A stretch of DNA of 64,000 nucleotides, taken from an uncultured Vicinamibacterales bacterium. GTDB taxonomy: Bacteria > Acidobacteriota > Vicinamibacteria > Vicinamibacterales > JAKQTR01. The DNA is taken from assembly GCA_964396055.1 (NCBI GenBank), contig CAYNDV010000007.1, positions 521 to 64,520 of the forward strand, given 5' to 3'. The notes below the pieces were generated by a model. The model saw nothing but the letters and a program-made list of their open reading frames with translations. It was not told the origin of the DNA and ran no database searches. This document shows positions 36,792 through 45,562 of the stretch, in pieces. Each line of letters begins with the position of its first letter. The stretch's first letter is position 1. A program made the translations under genes and the position numbers.

Positions 36792-37987
36792 AGTTCGCGG
36801 AGCGCGGAGACGATCGGGAGCCGGGCCGCACGAATCGCCGGCGGGAGCCCGCCGAGCAACCCCATCACGAGCGCGTACACCACCCCCGACACGATGAGGG
36901 CGGGCGTCACCGCGAACGCGAACCCCACCTGGCTGAAGGTCTGCCAGTTGATCGTGGCTGTCTCGAAGCCGTTGAAGGCCAGGTACGCCACCGTGCCGCC
37001 GGCGGCGCCGCCCAGCAGCGCCAGCACCAGCGACTCGGCCAGCACCGACGCGATCACGGGCACGGCCCCGAAGCCGAGGGCCCGCAGGGTGGCAATCTCG
37101 CGCGTCCGCGCCGCCACCGCCGAGTACATCGTGTTGACGGCGCCGAACACCGCACCGATCCCCATCAGCACCGCGATCAGGGACCCGAGCGTGGTGATGA
37201 GCGTCGAGATGGCCTGCGACTGCTCCCGGAAGTAGTCCGTCTCGCGGACGATCTTCAGGTTCAGGCGCGGATCCGTGGTCAGCGCGTCCTTGAAGCGCGC
37301 GAACGCCTCGGGCGATTCCAGCTTGGTGTAGATCGTCTGGTAGGTCGTCCCGCGCTGGTACGCCGGCGCCAGGACGCTGGCGTCGGCCCAGAGCTCCGAG
37401 TCGGCCACGGTGCCGCCGGTGTCGAAGATGCCGACCACGGTCCAGAGGGTCTGCCCGAACTTCAGCGTCCGGCCGAGTTCGACGCCGTTGAACTGGGCCG
37501 CCGCAGCCCGGCCCGCGATAATCTCGTTGCGCCCGGTTTCGAACATCCGTCCGGCTGTGATGGCGATCGACCGCCGCACGGCGAACGCTGCGGCGCCCAC
37601 GCCGCGCAACGGCACGTTCGCCGTCGTGTTCGTGGTCCGCTTGGGCAGGTCCACGATCACGAACAGTTCGGCCGACGACACGGGACCGGCCGCGCCCCGC
37701 CGCACGCCGGGGGCGTCAGCCACGATCCGCGCATCCTCACGCGAGAGGATGCTCACCATCTCGCTGTCCGCGCCGGACCGCATGACGATGGCCGTATCCG
37801 GCGATCCCGTCGACTCCATGGTCTTGCGGAACCCCTCGGCCATCGACAGGACGGCGACGAAGACGGCGACGACGCCGGCAATCCCGACGACGGCCACCAG
37901 CGACGACGTCACCCGCTGCCGCATCGTCCGCAGGTTGAGCACGGTCACCACGAAGATCTGGGACACCCAGTTGAGCATGCCGGTCAC
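36788..37987 (-). CDS. ABC transporter permease (MacB/FtsX type)
   Basis: One N-terminal TM helix, a large periplasmic domain and a C-terminal FtsX-type 3-TM bundle, ending PAIRAARLPIVSALREL. Confidence 0.85.
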   Translation of the reverse strand: MTGMLNWVSQIFVVTVLNLRTMRQRVTSSLVAVVGIAGVVAVFVAVLSMAEGFRKTMESTGSPDTAIVMRSGADSEMVSILSREDARIVADAPGVRRGAAGPVSSAELFVIVDLPKRTTNTTANVPLRGVGAAAFAVRRSIAITAGRMFETGRNEIIAGRAAAAQFNGVELGRTLKFGQTLWTVVGIFDTGGTVADSELWADASVLAPAYQRGTTYQTIYTKLESPEAFARFKDALTTDPRLNLKIVRETDYFREQSQAISTLITTLGSLIAVLMGIGAVFGAVNTMYSAVAARTREIATLRALGFGAVPVIASVLAESLVLALLGGAAGGTVAYLAFNGFETATINWQTFSQVGFAFAVTPALIVSGVVYALVMGLLGGLPPAIRAARLPIVSALREL

Positions 37988-37988
37988 G

Positions 37989-39143
37989 TCAGGCCCTCCT
38001 CAACGCATCGACGATGCGCAGCCGCATGGCCTGCACCGCGGGCAGGATGCCGGCGACCAGGCCCAGACCCAGGGCGAAGAGCGCGCCGCGGGCCAGGTCG
38101 GCCTCCGGGATGAAGAACGCCGGAAAGAGGCCGCCGGTGGGATCGCCGCCGAGCGTCATCAGCCAGGCCAGCGCCAGGCCCGTGCCGCCGCCCAGCAGGG
38201 CGATGGCGCACGACTCGAGGAGCACCAGCGTCACGATGAGCCCGTCACCGAAGCCGAGGGTCTTCAGCACGGCGAGGTCGCTTGTGCGCTCGCGCACGGA
38301 CTGGGCCATCGTATTGCCGGCCACCAGCAGGATCGTGAAGAACACCGCCGTGACGATGGCACGGATGATGGCGCCGATGTCGCCCACCTGCTGGGCGAAG
38401 GCCTGCAGGAACGCCTTCTCGGTGGTCGTCTTGGTCTCGGCGAACGAGTTCGCGAACTGCTCGTCGATGCGCTTCGCCACGTCGGGGGCCTTCGCGGGGT
38501 CCGCGATCCGGATCACGTACCAGCCGACCAGCCCCTGGCCGAACTGGCGCGCCTCATCGAAGTACTCGTAGTTGAAGAACAGAGGCGTCGTGTCCACGCC
38601 CTGCTTGTCGCCGTCGAAGATCCCGCAGACGTTGAACTCCCACGTGGTGGCGCCGTTGCGCTGCCGCCAGATGGTGGCCTGGATGGGCACGCGGTCGCCC
38701 ACCTTGAACCCGAACCGGTTGGCCGTGGCGCGCCCCACGATGGCGCACGTCCGGTCGTCGAGCCAGCGCTGCCGCTGGTCGGCCGGCATCACGTACTCGG
38801 GGTAGAGCTTCAGGAGCCTGGCGGGGTCCACCGGGCACTGCATGAAGAAGTTGCTCGGCTTCTGGTAGATGCCCCCGAACCACGTCTGGTGCAGGACGTC
38901 CACCACGCCGGGCGTCGCCTCGAGGCGGTTCTGGTAGCTCTGGGGCAGCAGCTGGATGATCGACACCTTGTGGGTGATGATCAGCCGGTCGTTGCCGGCC
39001 AGTTCCACCCCGATGCTGAACGCCGTATTCAGCGCCGCCAGGACGCCGAACAGCACGAAGGCCACGACGATGGACAGGACCGTGAAGATCGTCCGCGTCT
39101 TGCGCCGCAGCAGATTGCGCCACACGAGCGGCAGGTACTTCAT
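37989..39143 (-). CDS. ABC transporter permease (MacB/FtsX type)
   Basis: MKYLPLVWRNLLRRKTRTIFTVLSI is the canonical FtsX-family N-terminus. I trimmed the start to ATG 39143, which overlaps the ATPase stop (ATGA). Confidence 0.85.
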   Translation of the reverse strand: MKYLPLVWRNLLRRKTRTIFTVLSIVVAFVLFGVLAALNTAFSIGVELAGNDRLIITHKVSIIQLLPQSYQNRLEATPGVVDVLHQTWFGGIYQKPSNFFMQCPVDPARLLKLYPEYVMPADQRQRWLDDRTCAIVGRATANRFGFKVGDRVPIQATIWRQRNGATTWEFNVCGIFDGDKQGVDTTPLFFNYEYFDEARQFGQGLVGWYVIRIADPAKAPDVAKRIDEQFANSFAETKTTTEKAFLQAFAQQVGDIGAIIRAIVTAVFFTILLVAGNTMAQSVRERTSDLAVLKTLGFGDGLIVTLVLLESCAIALLGGGTGLALAWLMTLGGDPTGGLFPAFFIPEADLARGALFALGLGLVAGILPAVQAMRLRIVDALRRA

Positions 39144-39847
39144 GCGACCGGCTCCTTCACGAGCTGGCCCTTGTCGAGGTGCAGCACGCGCCGGGCCCGG
39201 GCCGCCGCGTGGGGATCGTGGGTGACCATGATGATCGTCTTGCCGTGCTCGCGGTTCAGGGCCTGGAGCAGGTCGAGCACTTCGTCGCCCGACTTGCGAT
39301 CGAGATCGCCCGTCGGCTCGTCGCACAGGAGCAGCGTCGGGTCGGTGACAATCGCGCGGGCGATGCCCACGCGCTGCTCCTGGCCGCCCGAGAGCTGCCG
39401 CGGGTAGTGCTTCGCCCGATCGCTGAGCCCCACCACGGCCAGGGCCGTCTCGACGTGCGTGCGCCGCTGCGCGCGCGAGAGGCTGGTCAGCAGCAGCGGC
39501 AGTTCCACGTTGCGTTCGGCCGTGAGCACCGGCAGGAGGTTGTAGAGCTGGAAGACGAACCCGACGTGCCGCGCGCGCCAGGCCGCGAGCCGGCCGCCGG
39601 ACATCTGGTCGATGCGTTCGCCGGCCACGTCGATCGACCCCTGTGTGGGCCGGTCGAGGCCGCCCAGCAGGTTGAGGAGGGTCGACTTCCCCGATCCCGA
39701 CGGCCCCATCAGGGCCAGGAAATCGCCCGGCGGGATGTCGAGGGCCAGCCCCTGGAGCACGTCAATCCGCTCACCGCCGCGGTGAAAGACCTTGTGCAGG
39801 TCCCGCACCGAGACGAGCGCCTGTCCGACCGCCGCTGCTGCATCCAT
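39140..39847 (-). CDS. ABC transporter ATP-binding protein (MacB/LolD-like)
   Basis: Walker A GPSGSGKST, signature LSGGQEQRV, Walker B LLLCDEPT. I trimmed the start to ATG 39847 (MDAAAAV), because the longer ORF would translate the octamer array. Confidence 0.9.
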   Translation of the reverse strand: MDAAAAVGQALVSVRDLHKVFHRGGERIDVLQGLALDIPPGDFLALMGPSGSGKSTLLNLLGGLDRPTQGSIDVAGERIDQMSGGRLAAWRARHVGFVFQLYNLLPVLTAERNVELPLLLTSLSRAQRRTHVETALAVVGLSDRAKHYPRQLSGGQEQRVGIARAIVTDPTLLLCDEPTGDLDRKSGDEVLDLLQALNREHGKTIIMVTHDPHAAARARRVLHLDKGQLVKEPVA

Positions 39848-39864
39848 GGAACACACCTCACTCA

Positions 39865-39904
39865 GGCCGTTGGGCCGTTGACCCGCCCGGCCGTTCGGCC
39901 GTTC
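39865..39904. repeat. Octanucleotide array (GGCCGTTS), 5 units
   Basis: GGCCGTTG GGCCGTTG ACCCGCCC GGCCGTTC GGCCGTTC. It lies in the 82-nt spacer between the adaptor gene stop (39930) and the ATPase start (39847). Confidence 0.8.
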
Positions 39905-39929
39905 GGCGACAGGCTCCGGCCGTCCGCTG

Positions 39930-41153
39930 CTACTGCCGCACCACCACCGTCCGCCCCGCCGCCAGGTCGGGCGGCCCGTCCACGACGACGCGTTCCCCCA
40001 CCGCAAGACCGGTGACGATTTCCGTGTCGTCGCCGGAGGTCCGGCCCGGCTTCACGGCGCGCCGCTCGACCGTGTCGCCCGCCACGACGAACACCACGTC
40101 CTGGGCGCCGTCCTTGCGCAGGGCCTGGCGCGGCACGACGAGCTGCGGCCGCGCGTCGGCCGGCGCCGGCGCCTCGGACCCGAGAAAGGCGACTTTGACA
40201 CCCATGTCCGGCAGGATGCGCGGGTCGAGTTGCTCGAAGCCGATGCGCACGAGCACCGTCGCCTTCTGGCGATCCGCCGTCGGCACGGTCGTGATCACGT
40301 GGCCGGCCACGGGCCAGTCCGGATAGGCGTCGAGCACCGCCGTGACCGTCTGCTTCGGCGACACCCGGTTGATGAAGCTCTCGTTGACGTCGACCTCGAT
40401 CTCGAGCGACGACATGTCGACGATCGTGCAGATGCCGGTGCGGGTGAAGCCGCCGCCGGCGGACACCGGCGAGATCATCTCGCCCGGCTGCGCGTCCTTC
40501 GACACGGCCACGCCCGTGAACGGCGCGCGGATGACCATGTCGTCGATCTCGGTCCGCCGAAGCGCCACCTGCGCCTCGTTCACCGCCACCTGCTGACGCG
40601 TGAGCTCGAGCCGCGCCTGGAGCGCATCCACCTCCGCCTCGGCCCGATCCAGATCCGCCTGGCCGGAGATCCCGTCCTTCACCAGGGCGCGGGTCCGGGT
40701 CAGCGTCAGGCGGGCCTCGCGCAACCGGACCTCGGTCTCGGCCGCGTTGCGCCGCGCCGCGGCCAGTTCCGCCTCGGCCAGCTCCAGGTACCGCCGCGAG
40801 ATCGAATCGTCGAGGCGCGCGAGCACCTGGCCCTTCTGCACGGCCATGCCTTCCTCGACGTGCACCTCGATCACCTTGCCGGTGATCTTCGACGACACGG
40901 TGGCCCGGCGCCTGGCGGTGACGTACCCCGAGGCGTTCAGCACGGCCGGCCGGCCCGCCCCGGCGCCGCCGACTTCGCGCACACCCGCCACGGACACCTC
41001 CGCCGGCGAGGGTCCGCGCGTCGCCATCCACAACCCCGCCAGGGCTCCCACCACCACGACGCCGACGACGATCACCAGCACCGCCCGGCCCGCCCCGCCC
41101 CGGCGGGCGCTCTCATCGATTCGTAACGCACTCAACGACGGTTTGGCTGCCAT
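39930..41153 (-). CDS. Efflux transporter periplasmic adaptor subunit (HlyD/MFP family)
   Basis: TM anchor, coiled-coil hairpin (LELAEAELAAARRNAAETEVRLREARL..) and beta-barrel domains. I trimmed the start to ATG 41153. Confidence 0.85.
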   Translation of the reverse strand: MAAKPSLSALRIDESARRGGAGRAVLVIVVGVVVVGALAGLWMATRGPSPAEVSVAGVREVGGAGAGRPAVLNASGYVTARRRATVSSKITGKVIEVHVEEGMAVQKGQVLARLDDSISRRYLELAEAELAAARRNAAETEVRLREARLTLTRTRALVKDGISGQADLDRAEAEVDALQARLELTRQQVAVNEAQVALRRTEIDDMVIRAPFTGVAVSKDAQPGEMISPVSAGGGFTRTGICTIVDMSSLEIEVDVNESFINRVSPKQTVTAVLDAYPDWPVAGHVITTVPTADRQKATVLVRIGFEQLDPRILPDMGVKVAFLGSEAPAPADARPQLVVPRQALRKDGAQDVVFVVAGDTVERRAVKPGRTSGDDTEIVTGLAVGERVVVDGPPDLAAGRTVVVRQ

Positions 41154-41374
41154 AGAAGTCCTGCACGCGTACGGGGCGACGCGGCCCCCTCGTACCGTCA
41201 CCGCCACAGGTCCCGATCCGCCAGATCATACCCCGGCCCGTCAGCGTGTCCCGCACTGGCGCGAGGCCGTCCGCCCGGTGCTCATGGCCAGAGTGACGCA
41301 TGGGTGCCCCAGGGTGTTCGGGTCTTCCGGTGAGCGGCGGACGACTCCCGGTCAATGGCGGCGCGAGACGCGGT

Positions 41375-42625
41375 TCAGGGCCCGCGCTGGATCACCGTCA
41401 CGGTGGCGGGCGGGTTGACGCCGCTCAGGCCCGCCACGATCAGCTCCGCGCGCCGCTCCGCGCCGGTCCCGTTGGCGGCTATCTGGACGTACACGTTGCC
41501 GGCGCCTGTCCCCCGGCCATCGCCGAAGCCCGGCGCGATGCTGAGCCAGTCGGCCGTGGCGCGGGTGGTCCAGCTGCAGTCGCCCGGCGTGGCCGTCACC
41601 GAGATTCTGATCGGCTGCCCGCCCGGGCTGGTCGTCCCCGAGGCGGCAACGGTGACCTGGGAAGGACTGACCGCGTAGAGGCACGAGGCGGCCGCCTGCT
41701 CGACCCGGTGCTGGAGCCGCGCGGCCCCCGAGTCGCCGTACAACAGCAGGTGGCCGAACCGCGACGTCATGGAGGCATTCGGCAGGACCACGTACGGGAC
41801 AGCCGACGTGCCGGCGCCGCGCGTCGGCAGGTTCAGGCGCAGCATGTCCTCACCCCAGCCGTCCCGCTCGACGGTCCAGCTGCACTCCGGCGCCGTCGTC
41901 ACGCGCGCCTGCCCCTGGCCGCCTGCGGCGCTGAATCTGGCCGGCCCGGGATCGAACGTGTACTGGCAGGCCGCCGACGCGGTGCCGTCCTGGACAACCG
42001 TGATGGTCCTGCCGGCCACGAGGCCGGTGCCGGTGCGCGGGCCGGGATCGGGGTTCGGGGCCACGTGCCCTTCCACGCTGCCGTTTCCGTTGCCGTTCGG
42101 GGCCCCTTCCGTCTCGGGAATGATCTCGAACCACGGGGTCTGGCTCGAGAAGGCCCACAGGCAGTCGAACGGGGCGTTCACCATGATCAGGAACCCCGCC
42201 CCACCGGCAGGAACCGCTCGTTGCAGTGGCCGCACGTCGAAGGTGCAGTCGGGCCGGATGGCCGCGCCCTCCTGGGTGATCGCCGACGACTGGCCAGCCA
42301 CGTTCAGCGACGCTGTCCGGGCCGGCAGCAGGGGATTCTGGGCCACCGAGAACGCGACCGTCCCGGGTCCGGAACCGGACGCGCCCCCCGTGATCGTCAC
42401 CCACGGGGCCGTGACCGCCGCCGTCCACGCACAGCCGGCGGCAATGGTGATCGTGATGGTCCCGGAGCCCCCGGCCGCCGCGAAGTTCTGGGCCGGCGGC
42501 GACAGCGTCACACGCGAGCAGTCGGCCGGGGACGGGCGTGTGGGCGATGACGAGTCGCAGGCCATCACGGCTGCGAAGACGCACACCGGAACCAGACGAG
42601 GCACGAGACGGCAAGCCATCACCAC
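41375..42625 (-). CDS. Lipoprotein built from four BACON/Ig-like repeats
   Basis: Lipobox AAVMAC. There are four repeats of about 95 aa with the pattern C.W.a......W..i....G.G.G.v...v..N....R.a...v.g....v.Q (for example AAGCAWTAAVTAPWVTITGGASGSGPGTVAFSVAQNPLLPARTASLNVAGQSSAITQ). Confidence 0.7.
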   Translation of the reverse strand: MVMACRLVPRLVPVCVFAAVMACDSSSPTRPSPADCSRVTLSPPAQNFAAAGGSGTITITIAAGCAWTAAVTAPWVTITGGASGSGPGTVAFSVAQNPLLPARTASLNVAGQSSAITQEGAAIRPDCTFDVRPLQRAVPAGGAGFLIMVNAPFDCLWAFSSQTPWFEIIPETEGAPNGNGNGSVEGHVAPNPDPGPRTGTGLVAGRTITVVQDGTASAACQYTFDPGPARFSAAGGQGQARVTTAPECSWTVERDGWGEDMLRLNLPTRGAGTSAVPYVVLPNASMTSRFGHLLLYGDSGAARLQHRVEQAAASCLYAVSPSQVTVAASGTTSPGGQPIRISVTATPGDCSWTTRATADWLSIAPGFGDGRGTGAGNVYVQIAANGTGAERRAELIVAGLSGVNPPATVTVIQRGP

Positions 42626-42685
42626 CTCCCCGTCGGGACGTCGACGTGGGCCCGGCCCCGGCGGCGCACGGGCCGGCCCGCCCGA

Positions 42686-42970
42686 TCAGCAGAGCGGGAC
42701 GTCCGCCGATTCGGCGGGCGTGCCCGGCACGGTCCACTCGCTGGGGTGAACCGACACGAGGGGGTACTTCTGTCGCAGGGCCACCACGCGCCCGGCGTAC
42801 TCCGGCTTCGGAAACTCCCGCCTCCGCAGCCGTGCGCGCAGCACACGCAGTTCGTACCGGTAGAGGTCGTTCAGGTACCGGAACACGGTCACGGGCCGTG
42901 TGGCAGGCGTCGGGCGAATGCCGTGTGCCGCCAGCTGGTCGAGCACGTCGTGTCGGTACTGGAAGGCCAT
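42686..42970 (-). CDS. Hypothetical small basic protein (94 aa)
   Basis: I trimmed the start to ATG 42970 (MAFQYRHDVLDQL..). Composition looks coding. I recognised no family. Confidence 0.5.
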   Translation of the reverse strand: MAFQYRHDVLDQLAAHGIRPTPATRPVTVFRYLNDLYRYELRVLRARLRRREFPKPEYAGRVVALRQKYPLVSVHPSEWTVPGTPAESADVPLC

Positions 42971-43045
42971 CCGCACTGATTCTACCGCCCCGGCGCCGGG
43001 CCGATGCGCCCGCGTGCCCCGCGGGCCCCCTGCGCCAGCTCCCCC

Positions 43046-43077
43046 TTTACAGGATGATTGCGTAGTGATATCATCCT
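43046..43077 (+). promoter_or_regulatory. Putative sigma-70 promoter with overlapping palindrome upstream of the DUF2207 gene
   Basis: TTTACA (43046-43051), a 17-nt spacer, then TATCAT (43069-43074), in a locally AT-rich patch. The perfect 8-bp inverted repeat AGGATGAT (43051-43058) / ATCATCCT (43070-43077) spans the spacer and -10 box. GGAGG is at 43088-43092 and the ATG at 43098. Confidence 0.5.
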
Positions 43078-43097
43078 GAAAGCAATCGGAGGCGACC

Positions 43098-44810
43098 ATG
43101 GTGTCCCGGCTGTTGCGGCTTCTCACCCCCGTCCTCGTCTTCACCCTGGGATGGCTCACGGTTCCGGTCGACGCCGTGGCCGCCAAGGTCTACCACGCCC
43201 AGCGCTTCGATGTGTCGATCCGGATCGAAGCGGGCGGCTCGGCCCTCGTCACCGAGCGCATCGCGTTCGCCTTCGGGCCCGACACCTTCACGTCGGTCTA
43301 CCGCGGGCTCCGACCGAGGCGCACCGACGGCCTCGACATCGTGTCGGTGGAGATGGACGGGCGGACGTTCACGCGGGGCGACGAGGCCTGGCAGTACGAG
43401 TTCCGCCGCGAGGATGAAGGCGTCAGGCGCCTGGTCTGGCACTTCGCGCCGGTCTCGGGGTCGGTCCACATCTTCACGTTGACCTACCGCATCAAGGGCC
43501 TGGTGCGCCAGGACGATGGTGCGGACGTGCTCGAGTGGTACGCCCTGCCGACGAACCACGACTATCGCATCGACGCAGCGACCCTCCACCTGATCTACCC
43601 GGACAACGTCACGCCGCTGCAGTCGCCCACGGTGGACCCGCCGGCACCCGCCGCGCCCGAGGCCGGCGCCGTCCGCTTCGAGCGCACCGGGCTGGGTAAG
43701 GACGACAGCTGGCTGGTGCGCGCCGCGTTTCCCGCGCGGGCCGTCACGCCGACGATCCCCGATTGGCAGCGGCGCCAGCGGCAGGCATCGCAGCGGCTGC
43801 CCCTGTTCCTGGGCCTGGCAGGCATGCTGCTGTTTGCCGGGCTCGGCAGCCTGACCGTGTTCCGGCTGAATCACCGGGCGCCGGCCGAGCCCGCCCCGCA
43901 CGCTGAACGGCCCACGCCGCCGGAGAGCCTGTCGGTGACCGTCGGCGCCGCGCTGGCCCAGGGCGGCAGCGTCACCTGGCCCATCGGCCTGGCGACGATC
44001 TTCGATCTGGCTCGCCGCGGCGTCGTCGGCATCGAAGAAACGCCGGGCGAAGGGCTCTTCCGCAAGCGGGGCTTCGTCATCACCGCCCGGGACCTGCGTC
44101 AGCCGCTCGCCCCCGCGGAACGGGCCGTCTGTGACTTGCTGTTCACCGACAAGTCGGGCGCGCGTTCGTCGCGCAAGATGTCGGAGTTGGCGCAGCTCTT
44201 CGGGTCCGCGTCCCGGTGGAAGCGCGTCACCGGCGCGGTCAAGGAAGAACTCCGGGCGCGCGCGTACATCGATCCGGACCGCGAACGGCTCCGCGGACGC
44301 GTGACGATGCTGGGTGTGATCCTGATGGTGGCGGGGTTCATCGGGCTCATCGCCGCGGTGCCGTTCGTCCGTGAGCAGGGCGGCGCCGCGCTGATGATGG
44401 GCGTGGCCGTCCTCATCGTGGGGCTGGCGGGCATCGGCGTCGGGCAGAGCCTGACCCCGCTGACAGACGAGGCCGTGCGGCGCAGCCACGAGTGGAAGGC
44501 CTATCAGCGGTACCTGACCCGCCTGAGCAAGGAGAAGACTCCGCTCGTGCCCGCGGACGGGCTCGACCGCCTCCTCCCGTGGGCGGTGGCCTTCGGCGTC
44601 GGGCTGGCGTGGGTCAAGGCCCTCGAGAAACACGGCGTGACGGGGGGGCCGGCCTGGTTCACGGCGCTGGCCGGGGAACCCGCGGCGCACATGCACGCCA
44701 CCGTGGCCCTGCTGACCGCGGGCGGTGAAGCCTCCCACGCGGTGGGCCATGCCGGCGCCGGTGGCGCCGCGGCAGGCGCCGCCGGCGGGGGATCGTCCGG
44801 GGCCAACTAG
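43098..44810 (+). CDS. DUF2207 domain-containing membrane protein
   Basis: Signal peptide present. The N-terminal domain YHAQRFDVSIRIEAGGSALVTERIAF is typical of DUF2207. There are central TM helices and a Gly/Ala-rich C-terminal tail. Confidence 0.75.
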   Translation: MVSRLLRLLTPVLVFTLGWLTVPVDAVAAKVYHAQRFDVSIRIEAGGSALVTERIAFAFGPDTFTSVYRGLRPRRTDGLDIVSVEMDGRTFTRGDEAWQYEFRREDEGVRRLVWHFAPVSGSVHIFTLTYRIKGLVRQDDGADVLEWYALPTNHDYRIDAATLHLIYPDNVTPLQSPTVDPPAPAAPEAGAVRFERTGLGKDDSWLVRAAFPARAVTPTIPDWQRRQRQASQRLPLFLGLAGMLLFAGLGSLTVFRLNHRAPAEPAPHAERPTPPESLSVTVGAALAQGGSVTWPIGLATIFDLARRGVVGIEETPGEGLFRKRGFVITARDLRQPLAPAERAVCDLLFTDKSGARSSRKMSELAQLFGSASRWKRVTGAVKEELRARAYIDPDRERLRGRVTMLGVILMVAGFIGLIAAVPFVREQGGAALMMGVAVLIVGLAGIGVGQSLTPLTDEAVRRSHEWKAYQRYLTRLSKEKTPLVPADGLDRLLPWAVAFGVGLAWVKALEKHGVTGGPAWFTALAGEPAAHMHATVALLTAGGEASHAVGHAGAGGAAAGAAGGGSSGAN

Positions 44811-45562
44811 GAGCCCTTCACGAACGTCTGCCGGAGTTCGACGGGCTTCGTGCGGCTGCGCATCCGCAGGTTGAGCATCTCGACGAACACCGAAAAGGCC
44901 ATCGCGAAGTAGATGTAGCCCTTCGGCACGTGCTGGTGGAAGCCGTCCACGAGCAGCGAGAACCCGATGAGCAGCAGGAAGCTGAGCGCCAGCATCTTCA
45001 CGGTGGGGTGGCGCTCGACGAAGTTGCTGATGGCATCGGCGGCCACCATCATCACGGCCACGGCGGCCACGACGGCGATCACCATGACGGCCAGGTCGTT
45101 CGACATGCCGACGGCGGTGATGACCGAGTCCAGCGAAAAGACGATGTCGAGCAGGATGATCTGGACGATCACGGACCAGAACTGCGCGTGCACCCTCGCC
45201 GCGCCGTGATGCGCCTCCCCCTCCAGCTTCGTGTGAATCTCGTGGGTGCTCTTGGCGATCAGGAACAGGCCCCCGACCCCGAGGATGAGATCGCGACCCG
45301 ACAGGGCCAGGCTGAACACCGTGAAGAGCGGCGCCGTGAGGCGCATCATCCAGCTGAGCGAGAGCAGCAGCGCGATGCGCATGAACATCGCCAGGAACAG
45401 GCCCAGCCGGCGCGCCCGCTGCTGCTGCGACGACGGCAGGCGGCCAGCCAGGATCGACACGAAGATGACGTTGTCGACGCCCAGCACAATCTCGAGCGAC
45501 GTGAGGGTGAGCAGGGCAATCCAGGTGTTGGGGTTCAGGATCCAGTCGATCATGGTGTTCAA
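44807..45562 (-). CDS. TerC family integral membrane protein
   Basis: LTSLEIVLGVDNVIFV and the second DxxxA-like repeat VFSLDSVITAVG are TerC hallmarks. Confidence 0.85.
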   Translation of the reverse strand: MNTMIDWILNPNTWIALLTLTSLEIVLGVDNVIFVSILAGRLPSSQQQRARRLGLFLAMFMRIALLLSLSWMMRLTAPLFTVFSLALSGRDLILGVGGLFLIAKSTHEIHTKLEGEAHHGAARVHAQFWSVIVQIILLDIVFSLDSVITAVGMSNDLAVMVIAVVAAVAVMMVAADAISNFVERHPTVKMLALSFLLLIGFSLLVDGFHQHVPKGYIYFAMAFSVFVEMLNLRMRSRTKPVELRQTFVKGS

